Below are positions 37,472 to 47,104 of a DNA stretch of 64,000 nt, one piece after another; positions within the stretch are counted from its first letter, which is position 1, and the number at the start of each line of letters is the position of its first letter. This stretch comes from an uncultured Acidobacteriota bacterium (GTDB lineage Bacteria > Acidobacteriota > Thermoanaerobaculia > Thermoanaerobaculales > Sulfomarinibacteraceae). The translations under genes were made by a program, and so were the position numbers. The notes under the pieces are model-generated. The model saw only the letters and a list, made by a program, of their open reading frames with translations, had not been told where the DNA came from and searched no databases. The stretch lies in assembly GCA_963753035.1 (NCBI GenBank), contig CAVWAW010000009.1:2956-66955 (forward strand), written 5' to 3'.

Positions 37472-38644
37472 ATGATCGCCGGAGGAAACATGATCGAAAA
37501 CCTCAAGGCTGACGAACTCGCGGCGATGATCAACCGGGTCTTCGCGCCCCAGGCGGAGGACACCGCGCTGGCGGTGCTCGTTGATCTGCCGGATGATGCG
37601 CTTGCCGACAACGACGACTGGGCTCAGCGCCGCGCCATCGCCGCCGGCTGGGTCCGCGAGCTCGCCGCTGCGCGGGACGAGCACGGTTTCGACATCGATC
37701 TCGTCGCCTATCGAAACGTCCGCGCCAACAACGCCGATCTCCCGCCAACCGCGTGGCTCTGCGAACCCGACGAACTTCCTGCAACGGCTGACGATCTCGA
37801 CCCGGCTACGGCGCGGGATTTCGGCGAGATCCTCGATGAGCACCGGCTGGTGCTCGCCCCCACCGAGCTCTCGGCCACGGCACCGCTGAAGATGCTCAGC
37901 CCCCGCCACGGTTGCCGCGGCGCGACCATGCCCGGATTCTCAACGGCCATGATCCCCGCCCTCCGGCTCGACTACACCGAGATCAATCGTCGGGTCCACC
38001 TGCTCAAGGATCTCCTGGATCGTGCGGTCTCGGCCGATCTCCGATTCACCGTCGACGGCGCCCACGGGTATGATCTCCATCTCGATCTCCGCCATCGCAC
38101 CGCCCACGCATCCGGAGGTCTCCTGCCGCAGCCCGGGACTGCCGGCAACCTGCCATCGGGTGAGGCCTATATCGTGCCCTATGAGGGTGAGATCGATGGT
38201 GATCCGACAACGACCAGGGGAATCCTGCCGGTTCAGCTCGGTGACGAGGTCGTGCTCTTCGAGATCGAAGACAACGTGGCCAAGAGGGTGGTCTCGGATG
38301 GCCCGCATTCTGACCGGGAGGCCTCACTGCTCGCGGCGGAGCCGGCGCGCGGCAACATCGCGGAACTCGGTCTCGGCGTCCTCTCAGCCTTTGGGCTAGA
38401 ACCAATCGGCGAGGTCCTTCTCGATGAGAAGCTCGGTCTACATGTGGCCTTCGGCCGGAGCGAGCACTTCGGCGGCCAGGTCGGGCCGACACAGTTCTCG
38501 ACCCCTGAAGCGGTGATCCACCAGGATCACGTTTACCTGCCGAAGATCCAGCCGAGGATCTCGGCAGCGGCGGTCGATCTGCATTTTGAAGGTGGTGAAA
38601 CGCTGGAGTTGATGAGGGACGACGACTACGTCATCGGGTTCTAA
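37472..38644 (+). CDS. Aminopeptidase, M29 (AmpS/PepS)-like
   Basis: GNLPSGEAYIVP matches the M29 NLPxGE motif. NIAELGLGV and LLDEKLGLHVAFG are also present. 390 aa. Confidence 0.6.
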   Translation: MIAGGNMIENLKADELAAMINRVFAPQAEDTALAVLVDLPDDALADNDDWAQRRAIAAGWVRELAAARDEHGFDIDLVAYRNVRANNADLPPTAWLCEPDELPATADDLDPATARDFGEILDEHRLVLAPTELSATAPLKMLSPRHGCRGATMPGFSTAMIPALRLDYTEINRRVHLLKDLLDRAVSADLRFTVDGAHGYDLHLDLRHRTAHASGGLLPQPGTAGNLPSGEAYIVPYEGEIDGDPTTTRGILPVQLGDEVVLFEIEDNVAKRVVSDGPHSDREASLLAAEPARGNIAELGLGVLSAFGLEPIGEVLLDEKLGLHVAFGRSEHFGGQVGPTQFSTPEAVIHQDHVYLPKIQPRISAAAVDLHFEGGETLELMRDDDYVIGF

Positions 38645-38966
38645 CCGGGTCTCGACCTACAGCGGGTTGACCGACTATCCGACCAGCGCGCCGACAACCA
38701 GGACGATGAGGAAGACACCGCCGACCGCAACCGGGAAAAGAACCTCGTAACCTTTTGACACTTCAGTCCGTTCTACGTCTCTCACTGTGCCCCCCAACGC
38801 AGATCCTGCGTTCCAAAGGATGTTAACTCAAATAACTTCGTGATGGAAGCTCGATTCACCAACTTCGATCTCAACATCATCATTACAACTCCCCTTCCGG
38901 GCGGAAGAGGAGCCGAATTGTGGAGAATTCAAGGCAGAATGTGGCGAAATCAAGGCACAGCCGGGT

Positions 38967-40661
38967 TCAATTGCCTTTGCGGAGCGGCAACGCCAATCCG
39001 ATGACAATCAGAATCAGTGACACGACCCAGGGGCCGTCGAACGCCATGAGGATCGCCCCGGAAACGAGGCAGAAGCCCCCGTAGATCGTGGCCCTGGTTC
39101 CGGCCAGGGGACGCTGAACCGGTTTGCGGGACCGTTCTTCGAGCACGCTCAGACCTTCGGAAACGAGCAGAGGCATCTTGACGAAGGCGTCGAAGATATC
39201 GGGGGCGGCCCTGAGGGCTTCGTTGAACAGCCGAGTTCCCGAGAACTCGAGACGGAAGATCCGGGCGGCGTGGCGTTTGGACACCTCAGCGACATTGAAG
39301 TCGGGATCGAGGAGATAGCCCACACCCTCATAGGTGATGAGCGCTTTGACCATGAGAACCATTTCAACCGGGAAGTAGAGCCGGTAGCGGGCGCCGAGCT
39401 GGACGCACTCGAGCATGAGCAGCCCCAGGGAAAAGTCCTCGAAGGTGGCCCTTCGCCGCCATTTCCGGGCAACCTCCTTGACCGCGGTCCGGAAACCCAG
39501 GACATCGGACCGTTCGTCGGTCCGCGACACCGCGGCAAGGTAGCGGGCGGCGCGCTCGAAATCCTCCATGACCAACGAGTAGAAGAGGTGGAGGAGATTG
39601 TGCCGGAGCTCGGCGTCGAAGTGGCCCACCATCCCGAGATCGATAAAGCCGACCTTGGGCCCGGGAAGCGCAAGCAGGTTCGCCGGGTGGAGATCGGCGT
39701 GGAAGTACCCGTCCTGGTAGAGCATCCGGATGATGGACGACGCCCCCAGATCGATCATCTTCTGGCGTTCGGCCAAGGGGAGATCGAGCACCTCCGGATC
39801 ATCCGGTCGCACGCCATCGAGGAACTCCATGCAGAGCACGCTGGTGCCCGAATAGTCGTGGTAGATCGCCGGGAAAACCACATCCGGCATATCGGCGAAG
39901 TTGACGGCGAAGGTCTCGGCATTCTCCGCCTCGAGACGCATCTCGACCTCGCGCACCGTGTACTCGCAGAACTCGTCGATTACGTTTTTCGGCTGGTATC
40001 TCGGGATGATGTACTGCAGGAATTGGGCGGTCGTCCGGAGCAGCGTCGAGTCGCGGTAGATGAGCTCCCGTATGCCGGGTTTGACGACCTTGAGGATGAC
40101 GTCCTCGCCGGATTTCAGCTGCGCCCGGTGGCTCTGGGCGATGGACGCCGAACCGAGCGGCATTTCATTGATCGAGGCGAAAATCTCTTCGATGGGTTGT
40201 CCGAGATCGTCCTCGATGACCACACGAATCTTGTCGAAACTCACCGGCGGGAGGTCGGAAAGCAGGTTGCGCAACTCATCGGTCACCACATCGGGCAGCA
40301 GATCCTTACGCAGGCTGAGGATCTGACCTAGCTTGACATAGGTCGGGCCGAGGATCTCGAGCCGTCTGCGGAGCTGCTCCGGATACGGCAGACCACGGAT
40401 CTCGCGGTCGAGGAAGGGCCGAATGAACAAGGCGGTGAACGCACGAAAACGATAGAAGAGGCCCGTGTCACCCCGCCTGCGGGCGGCGTCCACCGAGGCG
40501 ACATAGCCGCCGAAGACGAGCGCCGAAATATGCCGCAGGGTCGTTCGCCCTCGGCGTGCGAGATCCGGGATGTTGATATAGCCCCGGCGCGAGGGCCGTC
40601 GCCGCCTCTCCGGCGGTTCCTCACCCGATGCGGCGGGCACCGATGCCGGGATCTCCTCCAT
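38967..40661 (-). CDS. ABC1/UbiB-family atypical kinase
   Basis: GPTYVKLGQILSLRKDLLP, GSASIAQSHRA, FHADLHPANL and IDLGMVG, plus C-terminal TM segments. ATG 40661 (MEEIPAS...). Confidence 0.85.
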   Translation of the reverse strand: MEEIPASVPAASGEEPPERRRRPSRRGYINIPDLARRGRTTLRHISALVFGGYVASVDAARRRGDTGLFYRFRAFTALFIRPFLDREIRGLPYPEQLRRRLEILGPTYVKLGQILSLRKDLLPDVVTDELRNLLSDLPPVSFDKIRVVIEDDLGQPIEEIFASINEMPLGSASIAQSHRAQLKSGEDVILKVVKPGIRELIYRDSTLLRTTAQFLQYIIPRYQPKNVIDEFCEYTVREVEMRLEAENAETFAVNFADMPDVVFPAIYHDYSGTSVLCMEFLDGVRPDDPEVLDLPLAERQKMIDLGASSIIRMLYQDGYFHADLHPANLLALPGPKVGFIDLGMVGHFDAELRHNLLHLFYSLVMEDFERAARYLAAVSRTDERSDVLGFRTAVKEVARKWRRRATFEDFSLGLLMLECVQLGARYRLYFPVEMVLMVKALITYEGVGYLLDPDFNVAEVSKRHAARIFRLEFSGTRLFNEALRAAPDIFDAFVKMPLLVSEGLSVLEERSRKPVQRPLAGTRATIYGGFCLVSGAILMAFDGPWVVSLILIVIGLALPLRKGN

Positions 40662-40671
40662 CACAGTGGCT

Positions 40672-42213
40672 CTATCGGTTGCGGCCGTACTTCTCGTGCG
40701 ACGAGACCCAATCGAGGGAGGAAATCGCCGATGCGAGGGAGATTTCTCCCGCGAGAACCACCGCGCCGACAATCTCGGCGAGCTTGCGGACCTTGTTCTT
40801 GCCCGCACACCCCAAGATCTCGAGGCACTCGCGTTGGGTCGGCAGCCCGACCCCGCCGCCATAGGTGGCGACGATCAATGACGGGATCGTGATCGAAATG
40901 TAGAGGTCCCCGTCCGTTGTCAACTCGGTGTAGACGATCCCGGAGCAGGACTCGGCCACATTGGCAACGTCCTGACCCGTGGCGATGAACATGGCGGTGA
41001 TCCCATTCGGCGAGTGAGCACCGTTGTTGTTCGCACCGGAGATGAAAGCACCGACGTTGGAAATCTGAGAGTGGTAATTAAGACTCTTCGGTTCGACTCG
41101 CATGTGCTGTACCAGGATGTCGCGGGGGATCACCGCCTCGGCGGTGACCCGCTTGCCCCGAGTCCGCATGATGTTGATCTGCGAGTGCTTCTTGTCGGTG
41201 GCCAGGTTGGACTCGAGAAAGAACGAACGCACGGTGTCGATGTTGTCGAGCATCCACGAACAGGCCGCGAAGGTGGCCCGGCCGACCATGTTCTGCCCGG
41301 CGGCGTCACCGGTGGCGTAGTTGAACCGAAGATAGGCGAATTTGTTCGACAGGAATGTGTCGATGTCGAGCAGCTTGGCCACGCTCGAGGTCGCCTCGGC
41401 AGCGCGCCGGATCTCATCGATGTTCTCGTTGACCCAACCGCGGAAGTCGCGAGCCTCGCGCGCGGAGTCGAAAACAAACACCGGCGCACGCTGCATCCGG
41501 TCATCGGAAACCGTGGCGGTGACGCCTCCCGAGAGGTTGAGCACCTTCATACCGCGGTTGTAAGACGCAACCAGAGTCCCCTCTGTTGTGGCCATGGGGA
41601 TGATGAATTCCCCTTTTGCATACTCGCCGTTGACGGTCACCGGTCCTGCGAGCCCGATCGGCACCTGGGCGACCCCGATGAAGTTCTCGATGTTGCCGTC
41701 GGTCAGCCTCGGGTCAAACGACGAAGCGTAGAGATGCTCCGGTTTCGCGCCGGAAAACGATGTCAAGAAATCGCGCCGGGCGCCGATGATCTCGTCCGAG
41801 TAGTTGTCTTCTTTGTCGTAGGGAACCGTGATCCGTTCTTCCTTGTGCTCGCGGATGGAGTCTTTGACCTTGAACGAGAGCCTGCCGAAGGGGTCGGCCT
41901 CGAAATCGATCGTGAGCGTGTGCTTGCCGATCTCGAGCGCCGCGCCGTTCCAACGCACCGTCATGACCCTGGCGAGAGGAAACTCGAGCGGATGATCCGG
42001 CGTCACCTCGGACGGGGCGGCTATGCCATCGTTCCCGAGATCAAAGATCACCTCATCCAGGGGGAGGGCCTCATCGTCGATTCTGATCTCGTTGATCTTG
42101 GTCAGCACCGCGTCGCTGAGACGATTCTTGAGGGTGAACCGGGCGCCGTCCCCTTCGTTTTCGAGACTCCCGAAGGTGTAGAGCTGCTTCAAAATGAGAG
42201 ACGGGATCTTCAC
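40672..42213 (-). CDS. HMG-CoA reductase (class I-like catalytic domain) with a ~110-aa N-terminal extension
   Basis: IPMATTEGTLVAS, GDAAGQNM and ATYGGGVGLPTQ. The GTG start at 42213 lies 6 nt after ggagga. Confidence 0.85.
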   Translation of the reverse strand: MKIPSLILKQLYTFGSLENEGDGARFTLKNRLSDAVLTKINEIRIDDEALPLDEVIFDLGNDGIAAPSEVTPDHPLEFPLARVMTVRWNGAALEIGKHTLTIDFEADPFGRLSFKVKDSIREHKEERITVPYDKEDNYSDEIIGARRDFLTSFSGAKPEHLYASSFDPRLTDGNIENFIGVAQVPIGLAGPVTVNGEYAKGEFIIPMATTEGTLVASYNRGMKVLNLSGGVTATVSDDRMQRAPVFVFDSAREARDFRGWVNENIDEIRRAAEATSSVAKLLDIDTFLSNKFAYLRFNYATGDAAGQNMVGRATFAACSWMLDNIDTVRSFFLESNLATDKKHSQINIMRTRGKRVTAEAVIPRDILVQHMRVEPKSLNYHSQISNVGAFISGANNNGAHSPNGITAMFIATGQDVANVAESCSGIVYTELTTDGDLYISITIPSLIVATYGGGVGLPTQRECLEILGCAGKNKVRKLAEIVGAVVLAGEISLASAISSLDWVSSHEKYGRNR

Positions 42214-42301
42214 AATGCTTCCTCCATTTTCCGGTGCTGACGATCCGGCAGATTGTAACACCGGCGGCGCCGAGGAAACACGCCGCAGGGCGGCGTCGCA
42301 A

Positions 42302-43054
42302 CTATCTGCTCTGCAGCTTCTCGGCGAGCATCTTGAGCGGACCCTGAACCTCCGGGCGGAACCACTCTCGCGCCATCTCCTCGATATCGCCCGATTTCGA
42401 TTCTCGTACGATCTCCACGAGATCGCGGCGAACGATCTGTCGCGTGATACTGAGGGCGTGCGGAGGAAGCTCGGTGAGTGCTTGACACCACTCAACGGCC
42501 GTCGCCACAACCTGGTCACCCGCGACCACGCGATCAACCAGACCAATCTCGAGGGCGTCCTGCGGCCCCATTAAACTCCCGGTTTGGCAGAGTCTCTCAG
42601 CCTGTCTGGGACCCACCACCCTGGCGAGCGCCTCGGCGACCCCCACGGGCACGGGGATCCCGACCCGAACCTCGTTGAGACCGATGAAAAACGGGCCATC
42701 GGCCATCACCCTGAAGTCGCAGAAGAGAGCGAGGACCGCACCCCCCGCCGGGCTGTGACCGGTGATCGCCGCTGCCACTGGAATCTCGGAAACGGCCAGG
42801 GCTTCCATGGCGCCGAAGAAAAGTCCGAGTGTGCGCACCATTTCTTCGTGATCGAAAGTCAGCAGCAGCGGGACGTCCAGACCGCCAGTGAAAAGACCCT
42901 CGAATCCCGAGATCACGAGCGCGCGGGCGCCATCGGCCGGCGCCGCCGAAACCTGCGAACACAATTCCTTCAAAAGCTCCGGGCTCAGGGCGTTCGCCGG
43001 TGGTCGAGCAAGCCGCAATTCGCGGACTTTGCCGTGTTCGATGACTTCGATCAT
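42302..43054 (-). CDS. Enoyl-CoA hydratase/isomerase-family protein
   Basis: Crotonase-fold pattern (LRLARPPANAL, FTGGLD, AAITGHSPAGGAVLALFCDFRV). ATG 43054. Confidence 0.8.
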   Translation of the reverse strand: MIEVIEHGKVRELRLARPPANALSPELLKELCSQVSAAPADGARALVISGFEGLFTGGLDVPLLLTFDHEEMVRTLGLFFGAMEALAVSEIPVAAAITGHSPAGGAVLALFCDFRVMADGPFFIGLNEVRVGIPVPVGVAEALARVVGPRQAERLCQTGSLMGPQDALEIGLVDRVVAGDQVVATAVEWCQALTELPPHALSITRQIVRRDLVEIVRESKSGDIEEMAREWFRPEVQGPLKMLAEKLQSR

Positions 43055-43157
43055 GACGACGCTCCAGACTTCATATCGACTCCCCCAAAAACGGTATCCG
43101 TGTTGGACGCCGAATGTAGCACGCCGGTGACCACCGTCCTCTCGAGAGAACACACGA

Positions 43158-43340
<183 letters not shown>

Positions 43341-43394
43341 TCTTGGCTGGCATCGAAGTTGCGTATTCCCTCGACGAACCGCACGGAGGTCACA

Positions 43395-44102
43395 ATGCTT
43401 CGACACACCACACGCATCATGCTGCTCGCCACCCTGCTGCTCCTCGTCTCCGGCGCCGATGCCGAGGCTCAATGGCAACGCCACTACGAGCCGAACGGTC
43501 AGTTCCGCTTTCGGCTCGGTCTCTTCGAACCGGTTGGCGGTTCCGAGGGTTGGGACGAGGTCTTCGAGGGTTTCACCGGACAGCCTTCAGACCTGCGGGA
43601 TTTTGTCTGGGGCACCGATTTTCTCTGGCGGACCGGTCGCCACACCGCGGTTCTCTTCGGATTCAGCTACTACGGCGGCGCAACCACCAGCGGATACGAG
43701 GACTGGGTTGCCGTTGACGGCAGCGAGATTCGTCACACCACCAGCCTCGACACCTGGGATCTGACGGCGGCGTTTCTCTACCGGTTCGGCGGCAAGGGCG
43801 TCCGTCCGTATCTCGGAATCGGGGGTGGACTCGTGTCATGGCGACTCACCGACGAGGGCTACTTCATCGACTTCGGAGCTGCCGGACAACCCGTTATCTG
43901 GGCTTGGTACGGCGCCCAGGGATCCACCTTCGAAGCATTCGGTCTGGCCGGTATCGACATTCCGATCAACCCTCGGTGGAGCATCATCATCGAAGGCCGT
44001 TACCGCTACGCCACCGACGAGCTCGGTGACGATTTCTCTGGTTTCGGAAAACTCGACCTCTCGGGCTACGAGCTCACTGCCGGCTTCGGAATCAACTTCT
44101 AG
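43395..44102 (+). CDS. Outer-membrane beta-barrel protein (OmpW/OmpA-like small barrel)
   Basis: Signal peptide MLRHTTRIMLLATLLLLVSGADA, alternating-hydrophobic strands and a C-terminal ...YELTAGFGINF. Confidence 0.6.
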   Translation: MLRHTTRIMLLATLLLLVSGADAEAQWQRHYEPNGQFRFRLGLFEPVGGSEGWDEVFEGFTGQPSDLRDFVWGTDFLWRTGRHTAVLFGFSYYGGATTSGYEDWVAVDGSEIRHTTSLDTWDLTAAFLYRFGGKGVRPYLGIGGGLVSWRLTDEGYFIDFGAAGQPVIWAWYGAQGSTFEAFGLAGIDIPINPRWSIIIEGRYRYATDELGDDFSGFGKLDLSGYELTAGFGINF

Positions 44103-44126
44103 GCTACCGGCTCGAGCGCGATGATT

Positions 44127-44301
44127 GGAACCGCAAAAACGCTGAGGTCGCAAAGATCCCGCAAAGCACTGCAATCATGAATTGGGCCATCGGATCGTGA
44201 GTGAATCAGGTCTTCGATGAGAGGTTGCGATGGTGCGATGGCTCAATCATGCGATGTCTCTGCGCCTTTGCGCCTTTGCGTCTTTGCGTCTTTGCGGTTC
44301 C
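44127..44301. repeat. Rep-B family palindromic copy
   Basis: The left arm ggaaccgcaaaaacgctgaggtcgcaaagatcccgcaaagc pairs with the right arm gcgcctttgcgcctttgcgtctttgcgtctttgcggttcc. The core is tgcgatggtgcgatggctcaatcatgcgatg. Confidence 0.7.
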
Positions 44302-44462
44302 ATTGTGCGCCGCGGCGACCGGGAACACATGCGGCTACCGATTGCGGGAACGCGGCCGGCGTCCTGCGTGTTACGATGGATGTGAATGCCGCAAACCACT
44401 TCAGCTGTAAAAGCGCAAAACCGTCGCCCGACGGACCCGTACATCAAACCAGGAGGCAATGA

Positions 44463-44669
44463 ATGACCTCGAATCACGAGCAGCTCGAGCACCAGACACC
44501 GAGCTTTGAGGAGCTTCAGGAAAGCCATCAGAAGTACGAACAGCGCATCGAAGAGCTTCGGAAGAAGTCGTGGCTCACTCCCGATGAGGAACTCGAAGAG
44601 AAGCGCCTGAAAAAACTCAAGCTGGTGATCAAGGACCAGATGGCGAACATGCGCCGCGCGGTTTCCTGA
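44463..44669 (+). CDS. DUF465 (YdcH-like) small coiled-coil protein
   Basis: 68 aa; SHQKYEQRIEELRKKSWLTPDEELEEKRLKKLKLVIKDQM fits the DUF465 pattern. RBS caggagg. Confidence 0.7.
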   Translation: MTSNHEQLEHQTPSFEELQESHQKYEQRIEELRKKSWLTPDEELEEKRLKKLKLVIKDQMANMRRAVS

Positions 44670-44680
44670 ATCGAACTCAG

Positions 44681-45318
44681 ATGATCGCACCTGAGGGTTG
44701 GGTATTTGTTTGGGTCCCGGTGTGCTTGGGCGGCGGCGCCCTTTTTCTAGGTTGGCCTGGCTGGGCTGGCCGCTCATAGCCATGGGCCTTTTCGCACTTT
44801 ATTTTTTCAGAAACCCGGACCGACACTGCGATCACAGCAACGAGGTCGCCTGTTCACCGGCCGACGGCAAGGTCATCGTCGTCGGCAGCGCTCCCGATGA
44901 ACTGGCCCAAAGTGGCCTCCCACGACAGATCAGCGTCTTCATGTCGGTCTTCGATGTTCACGTCAACCGAGCGCCCATGACCGGAGAGCTCGTCGACTAC
45001 CAGTACAACAAGGGTCGCAAGTTTTCCGCTTTCAAGGAAAAGGCGTCGCTCGAAAACGAACAGAACCTGTCGGTTTGGGATGGGCCCCTCGGCCGGATCG
45101 CTCTCAAACAAATCGCGGGTCTGGTGGCGCGCAGGATCGTGTTCGATCACTCACTCGGCGAATCCGTCAATCGGGGCGATCGCATCGGCCTCATCCGTTA
45201 TGGATCGAGGGTTGACATCTTCCTGCCCGACAATGCACAGACACTCGTCCGGGTGGGTGACCGCGTCCGCGCCGGCGAATCGCCCCTGGCCATTCTCGGT
45301 CGCCCAACCGAATCGTGA
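44681..45318 (+). pseudogene. psd: Phosphatidylserine decarboxylase proenzyme (short form); -1 frameshift in a T5 run at 44742-44746
   Basis: ATG 44681 gives MIAPEGWVFVWVPVCLGGGALF, and the frame of ORF 44698..45318 gives ...LAWLGWPLIAMGLFALYFFRNPDR. The self-cleavage motif is YGSRVD. Adding one T restores a single ORF. Confidence 0.75.
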
Positions 45319-46130
45319 GACGCCCGGTATTCCGCCGTCGTCCGAGCAAGCAGAAGCTGCGCAAGGGTATCTACCTGATTCCATCGCTCTTCACAATGGC
45401 CAACATGTTCTGCGGTTTTCTCTCGGTGATCGAATCGAGTCGGGGCCACTTCGAGCCCGGTCGTGGTCATTTCGAATGGGCGGCGATTCTGATCCTGTTC
45501 GCGATCATCGCCGATATTCTCGATGGTCGAATCGCTCGGATGACCGGAGCCATCACATCCTTCGGGGAAGCCTACGACTCCCTCGCTGATGTCATCTCCT
45601 TTGGAATCGCACCGGCGCTCCTCGCCTTCCAGTGGGGGCTGTGGCAAGTGCCCAGGGTCGGCATGGCGATGGCCTTTCTCTTCCTCGCCGCCACATCCAT
45701 CCGGCTCGCCCGCTTCAACACGACGGCCCACGATAGTCACGATTTCTCGGGGCTGCCGAGCCCGGGCGGCGCAGGGGCGGTGGCTATGATGGTTTTGCTG
45801 TCGCCAACCCCGGTGCAGCATCCATATTTCATTCCCGTCGTTGCGGTCGTGGTCCTGAGTCTCGCGCTTCTCATGGTCTCCAACCTCCCCTATCGCTCGT
45901 TCAAAGACCTCAAGATGCGACGACAGTGGCCGGCGCCGACCCTTTTCGCCATTGCACTGGTCTTTTCACTCATCACCCTCGATCCGCGCCTGCTGTCGAT
46001 TCTCGCGGCGATCTACATTCTGTCGGCTCCCTTCAACGTCCTCACCCGACGCCTGCGGGGCGGAAAAGCGACACCTTCAACCACCCAACCACCAGGGAGC
46101 GCCGATGGCATCGAAAATCCTGATCATTGA
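45315..46130 (+). CDS. pssA: CDP-diacylglycerol-serine O-phosphatidyltransferase
   Basis: CDP-alcohol phosphatidyltransferase motif DILDGRIARMTGAITSFGEAYDSLAD. There is a GTGA overlap with psd. Confidence 0.85.
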   Translation: MRRPVFRRRPSKQKLRKGIYLIPSLFTMANMFCGFLSVIESSRGHFEPGRGHFEWAAILILFAIIADILDGRIARMTGAITSFGEAYDSLADVISFGIAPALLAFQWGLWQVPRVGMAMAFLFLAATSIRLARFNTTAHDSHDFSGLPSPGGAGAVAMMVLLSPTPVQHPYFIPVVAVVVLSLALLMVSNLPYRSFKDLKMRRQWPAPTLFAIALVFSLITLDPRLLSILAAIYILSAPFNVLTRRLRGGKATPSTTQPPGSADGIENPDH

Positions 46131-47053
46131 TCCCTTGACCCTCGTCGGACGAGAGTTCATCCGATGCCTCGAGGACGCTCCCGACCTGGCCGTCGATGTG
46201 GACTACCGTCACACCTCCACCGACGACGAGCATCAGATCGCGGAACTCGGGGCGAAACCGGCCCTGGTCCCTCCGCTTGATGACCCTGCCGAGATCGCCG
46301 GATTCGGCATCGTCGTGGTGACGAGTGACAGCGAAACCGAACGCACCGGTCATCTCGAGAATCTCCTGATCCGCCATCCCGAAGTGACGTTGGTGGACGT
46401 CAGCCGCCTCCCGAGGTTGGCGGAACTGACCATTCCCGCCATCGGCGAGACGGTCGGAACCACCGATCGGTGGCACCTGCGGGTTGCTCACCCGGCGCTC
46501 GTCGCCGCGGCCAAGATCCTCATCGCGCTGCGCCCTCTCGAACCCATCCGCGGCTCCGTCGCGGCGGTGGAACCGGTCTCGATCTTCGGCCGCGAAGCGC
46601 TGGAGACCCTGGTTCATCAGGCGGGCCGGCGAATGCAGGGCGGGGAACCCGACCACCCCATCGACGGCCATGTTCTCGCCTTCAACCAGGTGGCGGTCGA
46701 TTCCGACGCCCTGACGGAGGAAGCCGCCGAGCTCATCCCGGGAACTCCCCTGGCCGTGACCCGCACCCTGACGGGAAGTTTCCACGGCCACGTGGCTCAC
46801 ATCACCATCGAGCTCGCCGAGCCGGTGGACGACCCCGAGCTCCGCGACGCCTTCGACGCGGCCGACGACATCGTCATCGGCGAACCGCCGATCAGTCTCG
46901 AGGTGGTCCCCGACCGGGATCACGTTCTGCTTGCCCCACCACAGCTCTCACCCGACCGGCGAATCGTCTCCATGACCGCGATGATGGACGGTCTGACGGC
47001 TCGGGGGAGCGCTGACAGCGGTCGAGATCCTACGCGCGATGACCGTGAACTGA
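46105..47053 (+). pseudogene. Aspartate-semialdehyde-dehydrogenase-like protein lacking the catalytic Cys; +1 frameshift at about 46996
   Basis: It is Asd-like overall, but the expected NCST site reads HPALVAAAKILIALRPL. After ...MMDGL the conserved-looking end RLGGALTAVEILRAMTVN* is in the next frame, with its stop at 47051-47053. Confidence 0.55.
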
Positions 47054-47104
47054 AATACGCTAAAATGCCGTCTCAACGCGAGTCCGGCACCAAGGAGGTC
47101 AAAC

